This document shows, piece by piece, positions 47,487 to 57,759 of a stretch of DNA of 64,000 nucleotides (the first letter of the stretch is position 1; every line of letters begins with the position of its first letter). Source of the DNA: an uncultured Candidatus Binatia bacterium (GTDB lineage Bacteria > Desulfobacterota > Binatia > Bin18); NCBI GenBank assembly GCA_965200965.1, contig OZ241744.1, positions 544,001 through 608,000 on the forward strand, given 5' to 3'. A program made the position numbers and the translations under genes. Below the pieces are notes generated by a model that made no database searches, was not told the origin of the DNA, and worked only from the letters and a program-made list of their open reading frames with translations.

Positions 47487-48203
47487 CTATTGCCGGCCTC
47501 GCTCGGCCTGATTACGCAGTTCGACCTGCTTGATGTAGGTCGGAATGACCGGCTCGAACTCTGGCGACAGCCGGTTGCGGATATCGGTGGCGGCGCGGGC
47601 GGCGAGCTGTTTGATTGGTTGGGACGCATCATCCTCGGCGATATTATCAAGAAAGACCAGGACTTGTTCGTTTCCCACATCGCGCAGGGCATAAATGGCG
47701 ACGCCTTTGGTGTTTTGGTCAAGACTCCGCCGCAGGAACTCAATGATGGGCTCTGCCCCGCGCGGGTCCCCGATTTTTCCCAGGGCAATCAAGACCTTCT
47801 TTTTCACTCCCATGTGGATATCTCGCAAAAAGAGCTGTTGGGCCAGAACCGGAGTGGCGTCTGTCGCCCGCAGATTGCCGAGGTATTCGATGGCTTTGAT
47901 TTTGACCCGGATGTCAATATCCGCGGTGGCGTTGACCAGATGTTCAATCGCCTCGGGGTCTTTGGAGTCGCCCAGGGATTTGACGGCTTCCAGGCGGGTT
48001 TCGGGCCGGTCGTTGTTCAAGCGCCGCACCCACTCGGTGATATTCGCCCCCTTTTTTTTGCGATCGACCCGGTCGCGGGCCCGGTCGCCGGTCATTTGGT
48101 TGCCAATTCGCTCGCCCTGGGACAGAAATTGGGCCTGGGCGAACGGTGGGGGAACGAGCCACAGCCAACTCAGGACGACACATAGAAAACCGTAGAGCAG
48201 CAT
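47487..48203 (-). CDS. Exported HEAT-repeat protein
   Basis: Signal peptide, repeats RLEAVKSLG / KIKAIEYLG / VLIALGKIG / AIYALRDVG. Confidence 0.78.
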   Translation of the reverse strand: MLLYGFLCVVLSWLWLVPPPFAQAQFLSQGERIGNQMTGDRARDRVDRKKKGANITEWVRRLNNDRPETRLEAVKSLGDSKDPEAIEHLVNATADIDIRVKIKAIEYLGNLRATDATPVLAQQLFLRDIHMGVKKKVLIALGKIGDPRGAEPIIEFLRRSLDQNTKGVAIYALRDVGNEQVLVFLDNIAEDDASQPIKQLAARAATDIRNRLSPEFEPVIPTYIKQVELRNQAERGRQ

Positions 48204-48244
48204 CTCTCTGGAAGATGCCCCATTGAGGCGTGGTGTGCAAGGGG

Positions 48245-48787
48245 CTATCCAGAGAACAAGGACTCCTGCCCCTCGCGGCGAAAGACCTGGATCTCTTCTG
48301 GATACAGCCCGCCTTCGGGAATATCTTTGAGCGGGGTGCCGTCCCGCAGTCGGCCCTCGATCACCTCACGATAGGTACATACCAGGTAGCGGTGGCCGTC
48401 CCGCGGTTTGCGCGGCAGCCGAGCCTGCTCAACACGACTCTCACCGGCCGACTCTGGAGCGATAATGCGGACCACATAGCGTTTCTTCATCAGGCCCTTG
48501 AGCGCCCGGATGACAGAAGCCCGTGACAGGCCGGTCATTTCGTTGATTTCGCCATAGCCAGCGGTAATCAGCGGCGTGCGGCGCAGGCCGATCGAATGAC
48601 GCCATAAGGCCCGGTAGACTTTCCACTCACGCGGGTCCATGAGCTTGTTGAGTTCGTCTTCAAGCAGGTAGTCGGGCAGGCGGGGCGACGGTTGCCAGGG
48701 CGGACGGCGGGTGAGCTTGACCTGGACTTCGCTCCCCTCTGGTGGTGTTTGTGGGGGAGGGAGGGGTGTTGCAGCGTCTTTTGCCAT
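48245..48787 (-). CDS. Winged-helix DNA-binding protein, replication-initiator N-domain-like
   Basis: EWKVYRALWRHSIG...GYGEINEMTGLSRASVIRALKGLMKKRYV HTH. Start uncertain (ATG 48787 or TTG 48841). Confidence 0.6.
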   Translation of the reverse strand: MAKDAATPLPPPQTPPEGSEVQVKLTRRPPWQPSPRLPDYLLEDELNKLMDPREWKVYRALWRHSIGLRRTPLITAGYGEINEMTGLSRASVIRALKGLMKKRYVVRIIAPESAGESRVEQARLPRKPRDGHRYLVCTYREVIEGRLRDGTPLKDIPEGGLYPEEIQVFRREGQESLFSG

Positions 48788-48892
48788 ACGAAGTATCTCT
48801 TCCCGGCTCTCTTGACTATATTCAGTGCCCGGCAATTGCAATCCCTCGCCCGGAGTAGCCTGTGAACAGCGAGCCTGCTAAGGAATGCTGCC

Positions 48893-50050
48893 ATGAAGTT
48901 GCGTGCTATTACTGTCGGTGTGAATCCCGGGCCTCCACTCCAGAGCCAACAGATTGTCGCGGCCGGACGTTTTGCCTCAGGTCTGCGTTCCGAGTATGAA
49001 GCCGCCGGCCTTGCGGTGCAGACCCTTCGTCTGGCAACGCCTCCGTTTCCCGCCTTGCTGGGTGGTCGGACAGAGGCCGAGGTCCTGACATTTGTCAAGG
49101 ACTTGGAAGCCTGTTGTCAGGAAAACGGCATAGACTACTGCTCAATTGGGCCAGTCAATCCTCAGCGAGCCGAGGAACGGTCCTTGTTTGGGCTTGTCCC
49201 GCAGCTGATCGGCGAGACCAGCACGATTTTTACCAGCGCGGTCCTGGCTGAGACCGGCCGGCCTGTGTCGCGCTCAACAGCTCGGGCAATTGGCCAGACG
49301 ATCCAGACCATCGCCCGGACCACGGCCGACGGGTTTGGCAATCTGCGCTTTGCCGCCGTGCTTAACTGCGGCCCGCATATTCCCTTCTTCCCCGCGGCGT
49401 TTCATCATGGGCCGCCGGCGTTTTGTCTGGCTTTGGAGGCGGCCGATATTGTGGCCGCGGCCGCCCAACCCGGACAAGGGTTGGACGATTTTCGAGCCGC
49501 CTTGGTCGAAGAGTTGGAACACCAAGTCCGGCCGCTCCAGCAGCTTGCCCAGCGCCAAGGGGCGGAGTTTGTTTTTCGGGGCCTTGACCTGTCTCCGGCA
49601 CCCGGCCCCAGCCCAGAGGCGAGCATTGCCTATGCGATTGAACGTCTCGGCTTGGGCCGTTTTGGTGAGCCTGGCACTTTGGCGGCCGCGGCCCAGATTA
49701 CCGCCGCCCTCAAACAGACCCGCCTCCGCACCTGTGGGTATTGCGGCCTGATGCTACCGGTGCTCGAAGATGTCGGGCTGGCCGAGCGCAACACCCAGGG
49801 CTTGCTGCGGCTGTCAAGCCTGCTCAGCTACTCTGCGGTGTGCGGGACCGGGCTTGATACCATTCCGCTGGCCGGGGAGGTGAGTGTCGGTCAGTTGGCT
49901 GCCGTACTGAGCGATGTGGCGGCTCTGGGCTGGAAGCTGGCCAAGCCGCTGTCGGCCCGACTGCTGCCGGTCCCCGGCAAACAGGTCGGTGAGACCACCC
50001 GGTTTGACTTTGCCTATTTTGTGAATACGCGGGTGATGGCGGTGGATTAG
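48893..50050 (+). CDS. DUF711 family protein
   Basis: VQTLRLAT, GNLRFAA, PFFP, GYCGLMLPVLED, YSAVCGTGLDTIPL, KPLSARLLP. Confidence 0.85.
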   Translation: MKLRAITVGVNPGPPLQSQQIVAAGRFASGLRSEYEAAGLAVQTLRLATPPFPALLGGRTEAEVLTFVKDLEACCQENGIDYCSIGPVNPQRAEERSLFGLVPQLIGETSTIFTSAVLAETGRPVSRSTARAIGQTIQTIARTTADGFGNLRFAAVLNCGPHIPFFPAAFHHGPPAFCLALEAADIVAAAAQPGQGLDDFRAALVEELEHQVRPLQQLAQRQGAEFVFRGLDLSPAPGPSPEASIAYAIERLGLGRFGEPGTLAAAAQITAALKQTRLRTCGYCGLMLPVLEDVGLAERNTQGLLRLSSLLSYSAVCGTGLDTIPLAGEVSVGQLAAVLSDVAALGWKLAKPLSARLLPVPGKQVGETTRFDFAYFVNTRVMAVD

Positions 50051-50274
50051 ACTGCGGCTATTCCCGGTCCCCGGCTGCCCAGACGAGACCCCGACCGAAC
50101 AGGCCGTGTAGGGCGGCGAGAGTGGGCACGCTCCGCCATGCCCGTGACTGGGCCAAGGAACTGCGAAACGCCCGCTCTATTTGACTCCGGGGAGGGTTCT
50201 TCATAGGTTGGGGGCCCTCGTGCTGCGACGACATGACGCTCGTCCTGAACAGGGAGAGCAGGGAGGAATGCAAG

Positions 50275-51411
50275 ATGCAGGGCAAAGTGATTGATGCTGA
50301 CGGACACATTCTGGAGCCGCCCGAGCTGTGGCAGACTCATCTGGAAGCCAAATATAAGGGCCAAGCCATCCGTATGGAAAAAGACGCGGCCGGCGTGGAG
50401 TTCCTTGTGGTTGAGGACAAGCCGCTGTTCATTACGCGTGGCATTGGACCCACCGCGGCGGGGATAGGCCAGTCCTTTGAAGATATTTTTGTCCCGGGAC
50501 AGTTTGGCTACCGGGACGGCCCCCGGGGGGCGTATGAAGCCGGGGCCCGGCTGCGGGCGATGGACGACGAGGGCATTGACGTGTCAGTGCTGTTTCCGAC
50601 TCTGGGCCTGATCTGGGAGCCTGGGGTCAAAGACGCCGGCTTGGCCGCGGCCTACTGCCGGGCGTACAACAACTGGATTGTGGACTTCTGCGCGGCCGAC
50701 CCAAAGCGCCTCATCCCGATCTCCCATATTGTCCTGCTGGACATTGACGAAGCGGTCGCAGAGGTTGAGCGGGTGGCCGGCTTAGGGGCCAAGGGGGTAT
50801 TTGTGTGTGCCGCCCCGGCCAATAAGCTGGCCTTCTGGAACCGGGCCTATGACCCATTCTGGGCGGCTTTGCAGGACCATGAGCTGCCGGTCGGGTTTCA
50901 TGTTGCCGTCCATGAAGACTTCCTCGGCCACCAGTGGATCCCGGCCCAGCATACCGACTTTATGGACGAGTCGTTTCTGTACTATCAGTGCGTGCCGTTG
51001 GTGGCAGACGTACAGGCCGCCTTTGCCGCCCTGTTTCAGGGAGCGGTGTTTGACCGCTTTCCGCGGCTCAGGGTCAATCTGCTGGAATGTGGGGCCGGCT
51101 GGCTGCCGCACATGCTTGACCGTTGGGACTCCAAGTTCAAAAAGATCGGCTACAAGACCGGCCTCAAACATCTGCCCAGCGACTACTTTGCCCGGCAGTG
51201 CTGGATATCGTTTGACCCGGATGAGAGCACAATTTCCTATATCGTGGGGCGGTATGGGGCGGAGAAGTTCATGTGGGCCTCAGATTTCCCCCACTGGGAC
51301 GGCAGTCTTGAGGCTCTGGCCGAGACCAGACAGGCGGTTGCGGCCCTCTCACCCCAGGACCAGCGTCTCGTGCTGGGCGAGGCGGTGGCCCAGCTCTATC
51401 GCTTGTCTTGA
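50275..51411 (+). CDS. Amidohydrolase_2 family protein
   Basis: IDADGHILEP, MDDEGID, AYNNW, LECGAGW, WASDFPHWD. Confidence 0.9.
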   Translation: MQGKVIDADGHILEPPELWQTHLEAKYKGQAIRMEKDAAGVEFLVVEDKPLFITRGIGPTAAGIGQSFEDIFVPGQFGYRDGPRGAYEAGARLRAMDDEGIDVSVLFPTLGLIWEPGVKDAGLAAAYCRAYNNWIVDFCAADPKRLIPISHIVLLDIDEAVAEVERVAGLGAKGVFVCAAPANKLAFWNRAYDPFWAALQDHELPVGFHVAVHEDFLGHQWIPAQHTDFMDESFLYYQCVPLVADVQAAFAALFQGAVFDRFPRLRVNLLECGAGWLPHMLDRWDSKFKKIGYKTGLKHLPSDYFARQCWISFDPDESTISYIVGRYGAEKFMWASDFPHWDGSLEALAETRQAVAALSPQDQRLVLGEAVAQLYRLS

Positions 51412-51422
51412 GAGGAGCGGTG

Positions 51423-51495
<73 letters not shown>

Positions 51496-51529
51496 ATTTC
51501 CAGGGTGGCCGGACCGCCTGCGTTCCGGT

Positions 51530-51558
51530 TTTGTACTGAATGCGGCCGACCGAGTCAA
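51530..51558 (-). promoter_or_regulatory. Sigma70-type promoter for tRNA-Phe
   Basis: TTGACT-N17-TACAAA on the minus strand about 35 nt upstream of the tRNA. Confidence 0.55.
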
Positions 51559-51565
51559 GGCCGTC

Positions 51566-52534
51566 TCAGGCCCGCTGTTGACGCTCGGCAACTTTCTGCT
51601 CGGCAAAGTCCATGACCTTGGCTTCAAGAGAGACTTGGTCAAGCCGGTTGATCTCTTGTACGCCGGTCGGACTCGTCACATTGACCTCGGTCAGATACTC
51701 GCCAATGACGTCGAGGCCGACAAAATACAGACCTTCCCGGCGTAAGCGCGGCCCGACCAAGGCGCAAATCTCGAGATCGCGCGGGGTGATATCGGCCTTG
51801 ATGCAGGTCCCGCCGACATGGATATTGCCCCGGTGTTCGTCGCTGCGGGGCACCCGCAGCGTGCCGCCGAGCGGCTTGCCATTGAGCACAATCAGCCGTT
51901 TATCGCCCTGCCGCACAGCCGGCAGATACCGCTGGGCGATAATCGGCTCACGTCCCTCTCTGGTCGCGGTTTCCAGGATGGAGTTCAGGTTCCGGTCCTC
52001 CCGCTGCACATAGAAGATGCCCGCGCCGCCGTGTCCATCAACCGGCTTAATGATCATCTCTCCGCCGAGTTCTTCAAGAAAGGCTTTGAGGCGTCCGGCG
52101 TCCTGAGACACCAGAGTGGCGGGAATGACGGAGGAGAAGTTAAGGGCAAAGAGTTTTTCGTTGGCAGCGCGCAAACCGCCGGGCTTGTTGAGCACGACCG
52201 CGCCGGCGGCCTCGGCCAAGTCAAGCAGTTGGGTGGCGTGCAGATAGGCAATATCGAAGGGCGGGTCTTTGCGCATAAAGATCGCGTCAAAACCGCCCAA
52301 GGCTTCGACCGTCTGGCCGAGAAAAGTGAAGTGCTTGCCCTCTTCCCGTCGCAGCTCGAGCCGCCGGGTGCGGGCCATTGGCGCGGTCTGCTCAATGAAA
52401 AGGTCGCCCATTTCGATATAGGACAGTTCGTGACCTCGCCGCTGGGCTTCGAGCATAAAGACAAAAGTTGTGTCTTTGTCAATCAGCACATCCTGGATGG
52501 GGTCCATAATGAAGGCAAAGCGCAGGCGTCCCAT
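51566..52534 (-). CDS. gshB: Glutathione synthetase
   Basis: FIMDPI, KDTT, MRKDPPFD, NEKL, GDKR, RGNIHVGG, TEVNVTSPTG. Confidence 0.95.
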   Translation of the reverse strand: MGRLRFAFIMDPIQDVLIDKDTTFVFMLEAQRRGHELSYIEMGDLFIEQTAPMARTRRLELRREEGKHFTFLGQTVEALGGFDAIFMRKDPPFDIAYLHATQLLDLAEAAGAVVLNKPGGLRAANEKLFALNFSSVIPATLVSQDAGRLKAFLEELGGEMIIKPVDGHGGAGIFYVQREDRNLNSILETATREGREPIIAQRYLPAVRQGDKRLIVLNGKPLGGTLRVPRSDEHRGNIHVGGTCIKADITPRDLEICALVGPRLRREGLYFVGLDVIGEYLTEVNVTSPTGVQEINRLDQVSLEAKVMDFAEQKVAERQQRA

Positions 52535-52619
52535 AGATCGATACTCCACTGCTGTTGTCCGCTGGCAGTGGTATGCTAGGCAGCCGGCCGGCGAAAGGCA
52601 AGAGGCCGGGGAGGGCAGC

Positions 52620-53345
52620 TTATCGCCACAGATATTGACACAGGCTGACGGCCGCAATGCTGGCCGTCTCGGCGCGCAGAATCGACGGCCCGAGGCTGGC
52701 GACGGTGAAGCCGGCGGCCCGGGCCTGCTTGACCTCCTGGGGGGTGAAACCGCCCTCAGACCCGACCACAATCCGCAGGCCGGACAGCGTCCGGTGGCTG
52801 GCGGCAAACGCGCTGAGGCTGTGGGCCGGCCCGTATTCGTAGAACAGGAGCGTCGGCTCTCGGTCGGCAAGCGTACCGAGGAGTTGGGCAAAAGAGTGGG
52901 GGGCGGTGATATGGGGCAGGCGGCTGCCGGACTGCTTGGCCGCGTTTTGGGCAATACGCCGCCAACGGGCCAGACGCTCAGCCTGTCGGTCCTGAGGCAG
53001 GCTGACGACCGTCGTGCTGGAACAAAAGGGCACGATGGTTTGCACACCGAGTTCGGTGACTTTTTCAATCACCAAGTCTATTCTGGGGTTTTTGAGTAAT
53101 CCCACCGCCAGGGTGAGGGCGAAAGAGACAGGCGGCCCACCAGCCACCACCCTCAGCGTAAGAGTGGCCGTATGCGCAGAGAAGTCGGCGAGTGTTCCCC
53201 GGTATTCGTTGCCCCGTTCATCACACAGGGCGAGCTGGTCGCCGATCTTGAGTCGCAGAACGTGGCGGAGGTGGTGGTATTCCTGGCCGCTCAGAACGGC
53301 CCGGCAGGCGTGTATGGTGGACGAGTGTATGAAAAACCGTCTCAT
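52620..53345 (-). CDS. rsmE: 16S rRNA m3U1498 methyltransferase
   Basis: MRRFF, HLRHVLRL, EKVTELGV, GSEGGF, LGPSILRAETA. Confidence 0.93.
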   Translation of the reverse strand: MRRFFIHSSTIHACRAVLSGQEYHHLRHVLRLKIGDQLALCDERGNEYRGTLADFSAHTATLTLRVVAGGPPVSFALTLAVGLLKNPRIDLVIEKVTELGVQTIVPFCSSTTVVSLPQDRQAERLARWRRIAQNAAKQSGSRLPHITAPHSFAQLLGTLADREPTLLFYEYGPAHSLSAFAASHRTLSGLRIVVGSEGGFTPQEVKQARAAGFTVASLGPSILRAETASIAAVSLCQYLWR

Positions 53346-54247
53346 CGCCCCGACACCCGCTGGCGGACCAGGGTGACCCATTCGTTGGCCACCACACGGG
53401 TCTGCCCACGCCAAGCCGGAGCCGAGAAGGCCGCCTCCACGGCCGCGGCTTGCTCAGACTGGATACCCGACAGGATGAGGTGTCCACCACGGGCGGTGGC
53501 CAGAGTCAGCGGGGCGGCTAGTTTGATAAGCGTATGGGCAAACAGGTTGGCGACAATGAGCGGAAACGGTGCTGGCAGCGACTCAAGCGGCTGTCCGCTC
53601 AGCCGAACAGCCGCGGTGACACGGTTGGCGGCAAGATTGTTGCGCGCCTCGGCCAGGGCAAGCGGGTTGGTATCTATGGCCCATACCTCACGGCAGTTGA
53701 GTTGGGCCAAGGCAATGCTGAGAATGCCCGAGCCAGTCCCGACATCAAGCGCCCGACTTGGCGCACCGTGGGCTAGGCACAGCGCTTCAATCGCCTCCAA
53801 ACAGCCCCGCGTTGTGGCGTGGTGGCCAGTGCCAAAAGCCATGCTCGGATTGATGACGAGACAATGGCGCCGGGTCTGAGCCGGAGCCAACTCCCAGGGC
53901 GGCAGGACCAGAAAGTGCGAGCCGACTGCAAGCGGCCGAAAGTGCTCGCGCCACCGCTCCTGCCAAGTCTGATTGCCGAGTTCGCTCAACCGCACTTGGT
54001 GGGAGAGGTCGAGCCGGGGGAAGAGTGTCGAGAGTTGGTTCAGATAGCGGCTCAGCGCTGAGCGCAGCGCAGTGCCCGGGCGGTCAGCCGCAAAGAAGGC
54101 TTGGACGGTTGTTGTCGGAGCCCGGGGAGTGGCCGGGTCGCGATCGTCCTCTATCACACCGACCGCGCCCTGTTCCAGCAGAAAATTTGACACCGCCTCG
54201 ACCGCTTGGTGCGGAACGGTGACAGACAGGCACAGCCAGCGCTCCAC
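53342..54247 (-). CDS. prmA: Ribosomal protein L11 methyltransferase
   Basis: PSMAFGTGHHATT, LDVGTGSGILSI, IVANL, ILSGI. Confidence 0.93.
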   Translation of the reverse strand: MERWLCLSVTVPHQAVEAVSNFLLEQGAVGVIEDDRDPATPRAPTTTVQAFFAADRPGTALRSALSRYLNQLSTLFPRLDLSHQVRLSELGNQTWQERWREHFRPLAVGSHFLVLPPWELAPAQTRRHCLVINPSMAFGTGHHATTRGCLEAIEALCLAHGAPSRALDVGTGSGILSIALAQLNCREVWAIDTNPLALAEARNNLAANRVTAAVRLSGQPLESLPAPFPLIVANLFAHTLIKLAAPLTLATARGGHLILSGIQSEQAAAVEAAFSAPAWRGQTRVVANEWVTLVRQRVSGR

Positions 54248-54277
54248 GCCACCTCTCCGGCCTGGGCTTCCCCGGGC

Positions 54278-56878
54278 TTATTTGCCCACTACGACCAGGG
54301 TCTCCGCGTGCTCGGCAAAATAGGTCTGGGCTACCCGCTGCACATCTTCCCCGCTTACCGCGCCCAGCGCCGTGAGATAACGTTGCCCGTTGTCATAGCC
54401 CAAGCCGTAGAGTTCGTTGAAGACCATTTCTTCGGCCTGGGACCCGTTGGATTGGAGGGAGATTTCATAGCTGCCGGTCAGGTACTTCTTGGCCTGTTCA
54501 AGTTCGGCGGTGGCAACCGGCTGCTGGCACAGCCGCCTCAGTTCGTATCGTGCCGCCTCAACGGTTTCGTCAACCGTATTGGGGTCGGTGCCGACATAGA
54601 TACCAAACGTGCCCGGGGCCAGACCCTCGACACTGAACGCGGTAACGGAGTAGGCGAGGGCGTGTTTTTCACGCAGCTCGTAGAACAGGCGGCCGCCCTG
54701 TCTGGACAGGAGCGCGTCGATGATTTTGAAGACATGGCGGTCCGGGTTGTCCAGAGACACGCCCTGATAGCCAAGGACGATGTGCGCCTGCTGCTTGTCA
54801 ATGGTCTTTGTGTGGCGGCGCGGACATGTTGGGTGTGGTTCAAGGGGGGGCAGGGGCAGATGGCTTGAAACGGCCGGCACGGCTTCAAGGCTGGCCCGCA
54901 GGGAGGCGAGCAATTCGTTGGCATCCACATCGCCGACAGCGCTGACAACAAGTTGACGGGGATTGAGCGCGCTGCGGTAATAGTCGGCTAGGTGCTCTTG
55001 CTGTAAGGATTGCACGCTCTCGACCCGACCGAGCGGCAGCAAGCGGTATGGGTGGGCGGTAAAGAGGGTGGCGTAGAACAGGTCAAAGGCGACCTGGGCC
55101 AGCTCGTCTTCGCGGTTCTTGAGGGCTAGCAGGGTTTCGCGGCGTCGCTTTTCGACCTCGTCAACCGGGAAGATGGGGTGGAGTAAGGTGTCGAGAAAAA
55201 GCTCTAGGCCGGCCGTTGCCTGGCTCGACAGAAACGAGGCGCTCAGGCCCAGGCTGTTGCGGCCCGAAAACCCGTTGAGACTCCCGGCCAGCGATTCGAC
55301 CGCTTCGGTCAACTCAAGCCGTGAGAAACGTTCGCTGCCACGGGTCAGCAGCCCGGCGATGAGGTTATTCACCCCGGCGTTGCGCTCATTTTCGAACAGC
55401 ACGCCGCCCAGCATACACGCCTGGAGCGACACGACGGGGACATTGTGATGTTCTTTGATCAGCAGGCGAATGCCGTTGTCCAACTCGGTATACGAGACTT
55501 GGCCGTTCTTGGCGGCCAAAACCGTCGGGGTGTGGACCGGCACCGACCGTCCTGTTTCCCCCCATGCGTGGATGTCCGCCGCGGTTGGCAAACCGGCCTG
55601 GGCCTCTGCTCCAAGCAGCACGAGGGACAGGCTATCGGGCGTGAGATAGCGCTGGGCCACGCGCAGGATATCTTGGCGGGTAACCGCGGCCAGACCTGCC
55701 AGATAGCGGTCTTCGTAGTCTGGATCGTCGAACACACTCAGAAAGTAGCCCAGCTGGCGAGCTTGGCCCTGGACGGTTTCACGCCGATAGGTAAAGTCGC
55801 TGGCCAAATTTGTGCGGGCCCGGGCGAGTTCAGCTGCACAGACCAGCCGTTGTTGACAGTCGGTCAGCGCTCGCAGCGTGTCTTGCAGCGCGGGCTGGAC
55901 TTTGTCTTGCTCCAGGCCGGCGGCGATGAGAAACAGGCCCGGATCGGCCGGGCTGTAGGCGCTGGCCGAGATCCAGTTGGCCAGCTCTTTTTCGACCTGA
56001 AGGCTTTGGACCAGCCGTGAACTCTCACCACCGCCCAGGATAAAGCCCAACAGGTCCAGGGCAAAAAGATCGGTGTGGACGGCCTCGGGAATGGGGAAGC
56101 CCAAATAGAAGCAGGATTCCTCGACGTTCATGTCGAGGCCGGACAGGCGCATCTGGCGCTGGGGCGGTTCGGCCACGCGCGGCCGCGGTGGAAGAGGGGT
56201 AAGCGGGTAATGGGCAAACAGCTCATGTACGTCACGTTCAACTGCCAGACGGTCAAGGTCTCCGACAACGACCAGGGTCATATTATTGGGGTGGTACCAG
56301 CGATGATAGAAGTTGACGATGCGCTCGCGGTTGAGCGATTCAACCGTTTCCCGAAAGCCGATCACCGGGCGACCGTAGGGGTGGCAGGTATAGGCCAGAC
56401 GAAACAGCTCTGTTGCCGCGCGCGAGCTTGGGGAATCTTCGCCGCGTTTCCACTCTTCCATCACAACCTGGAGTTCTTTTTCCAGCTCACCCGGGTCAAA
56501 GATCGCGTTGTGCAGGGCGTCGGCCAGGATATCGAGGCCGGTGCGACAGTGGCGCGAGGCCAGGACAAGGTGGTAGACGGTGTGGTCGGCAGAGGTAAAG
56601 GCGTTGATCGTGCCGCCGGAGGATTCAACCTCGGCCGCAATCGCACCGACCGGCCGCCGCTCGGTGCCCTTGAAGATCATGTGTTCATGCACATGGGCAG
56701 CCCCGGCAAGGTCTGGTGTCTCGTCTGCGCTGCCGGCCCTGACCCAGACTTGAATGGCCACGACCGGCGCAAAACGATCTTCCTGAATGACGACCCGCAG
56801 GCCGTTAGCGAGGCGAAACAGGGAGCGGCGGTCGGTGGAGTCGGACGGGGAGGAAGCCGTGGTCGGATTGTGTGCCAT
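54278..56878 (-). CDS. Two-module M16 (pitrilysin-like) zinc peptidase
   Basis: AHVHEHMIFKGT, NAFTS, second module LDNGIR...LREKHALAY. Confidence 0.9.
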   Translation of the reverse strand: MAHNPTTASSPSDSTDRRSLFRLANGLRVVIQEDRFAPVVAIQVWVRAGSADETPDLAGAAHVHEHMIFKGTERRPVGAIAAEVESSGGTINAFTSADHTVYHLVLASRHCRTGLDILADALHNAIFDPGELEKELQVVMEEWKRGEDSPSSRAATELFRLAYTCHPYGRPVIGFRETVESLNRERIVNFYHRWYHPNNMTLVVVGDLDRLAVERDVHELFAHYPLTPLPPRPRVAEPPQRQMRLSGLDMNVEESCFYLGFPIPEAVHTDLFALDLLGFILGGGESSRLVQSLQVEKELANWISASAYSPADPGLFLIAAGLEQDKVQPALQDTLRALTDCQQRLVCAAELARARTNLASDFTYRRETVQGQARQLGYFLSVFDDPDYEDRYLAGLAAVTRQDILRVAQRYLTPDSLSLVLLGAEAQAGLPTAADIHAWGETGRSVPVHTPTVLAAKNGQVSYTELDNGIRLLIKEHHNVPVVSLQACMLGGVLFENERNAGVNNLIAGLLTRGSERFSRLELTEAVESLAGSLNGFSGRNSLGLSASFLSSQATAGLELFLDTLLHPIFPVDEVEKRRRETLLALKNREDELAQVAFDLFYATLFTAHPYRLLPLGRVESVQSLQQEHLADYYRSALNPRQLVVSAVGDVDANELLASLRASLEAVPAVSSHLPLPPLEPHPTCPRRHTKTIDKQQAHIVLGYQGVSLDNPDRHVFKIIDALLSRQGGRLFYELREKHALAYSVTAFSVEGLAPGTFGIYVGTDPNTVDETVEAARYELRRLCQQPVATAELEQAKKYLTGSYEISLQSNGSQAEEMVFNELYGLGYDNGQRYLTALGAVSGEDVQRVAQTYFAEHAETLVVVGK

Positions 56879-56955
56879 AGGGTCCTGTGTGGCACAAGCT
56901 CGGAGGGGAGTCAATCAAGACTAGGCAGGGGAGAGAGAAGTGCGTTGGACAGGAG

Positions 56956-57039
56956 TGCGAGGAGGGGGACTTGAACCCCCATGGGTGTTACCCCACTAGG
57001 CCCTCAACCTAGCGCGTCTACCAGTTCCGCCATCCTCGC
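56956..57039 (-). tRNA. tRNA-Leu (GAG)
   Basis: Reverse complement GCGAGGATGGCGGAACTGGTAGACGCGCTAGGTTGAGGGCCTAGTGGGGTAACACCCATGGGGGTTCAAGTCCCCCTCCTCGCA, with long variable arm. Confidence 0.97.
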
Positions 57040-57106
57040 ACAGCAACACGGACGCCGGCAGCATCCGTTCACCCGCAGACCATAGCCGGACGAGCGGACC
57101 GCCGAA

Positions 57107-57520
57107 CTAGCGACAGGTAAGAGAACCGGCTTGGAATATGCCGGTGCCTTGGCAAGCAGCACAACAGTTGTTACACCTTTCTTGGCCGTCTAACCCAACG
57201 CCCCAGGGTCTTCCGGGTCAATTAGCTGCGCCATAACAAATCCAATGTCCCGGACTCTCACAGGCAAGATTGAATGAACTGGTGCCATTTGCTCTTATTG
57301 AGCGCTCGTCCCAACTCGCCACTTGCTTATTCGTCTCATCATACTCAAAGAATCTGACCTTAATTATAGGGCCTTCGGGATAACCGTCAGTCAGCTTCCA
57401 GGTAACGTTGCACGACACGCCGGGTACGTCACAGAGCTTCTTTTCCTGAACTCTAGCAGGAGCGCCCCGGGGACATGACCTCAGGGTCCGCTCTCCCTCG
57501 CTTTTGGCGAAGTTAAACAT
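57107..57520 (-). pseudogene. Cys-rich hypothetical protein with in-frame TGA
   Basis: ...LACESPGHWICYGAAN*PGRPWGVGLDGQERCNNCCAACQG...LTCR*. The motif continues in frame past TGA at 57218-57220. Confidence 0.6.
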
Positions 57521-57544
57521 TAAACCCTCCTTAGAGTGGTTTGG

Positions 57545-57759
57545 GCGAGGCTGTGACCAACGTCACAACAGCCGCTCCTTGCAGCCATAGCCGTATGTAT
57601 CAGATCAGCCCGAAGCACATCAAGATCAGCCTTGGTAGCCAGTTGTTCCATGCTTACTTGAGGTACCTTCCCGAGGGCCTTGGCTATGCTTTCTGCTTAC
57701 TTCTGCTCTATCCCGGTTTCCTGAAGATCTTGGGCTATGCTGAGCGTATCAAAGGTCAT
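57545..57759 (-). pseudogene. Decayed DUF1640-like paralogue
   Basis: MTFDTLSIAQDLQETGIEQK*AESIAKAL, then in shifted frames MEQLATKADLDVLRADL and RLWLQGAAVVTLVTA. Confidence 0.6.

Noticed and set aside
46034-47788. N-terminal extensions in the ORF track (DegP, gshB, lon, M20, ltaE, EthA, M16)
   Set aside because: They overlap neighbouring genes. Downstream starts with an RBS or family-typical N-termini fit better.
50058-50309. Short minus-strand ORFs between DUF711 and the amidohydrolase
   Set aside because: No motif or RBS support. Probably intergenic.
57107-57520. Selenocysteine read-through of the in-frame TGA
   Set aside because: The TGA is not at an evident Cys-motif position and I see no convincing SECIS hairpin. 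The neighbouring gene is also decayed.
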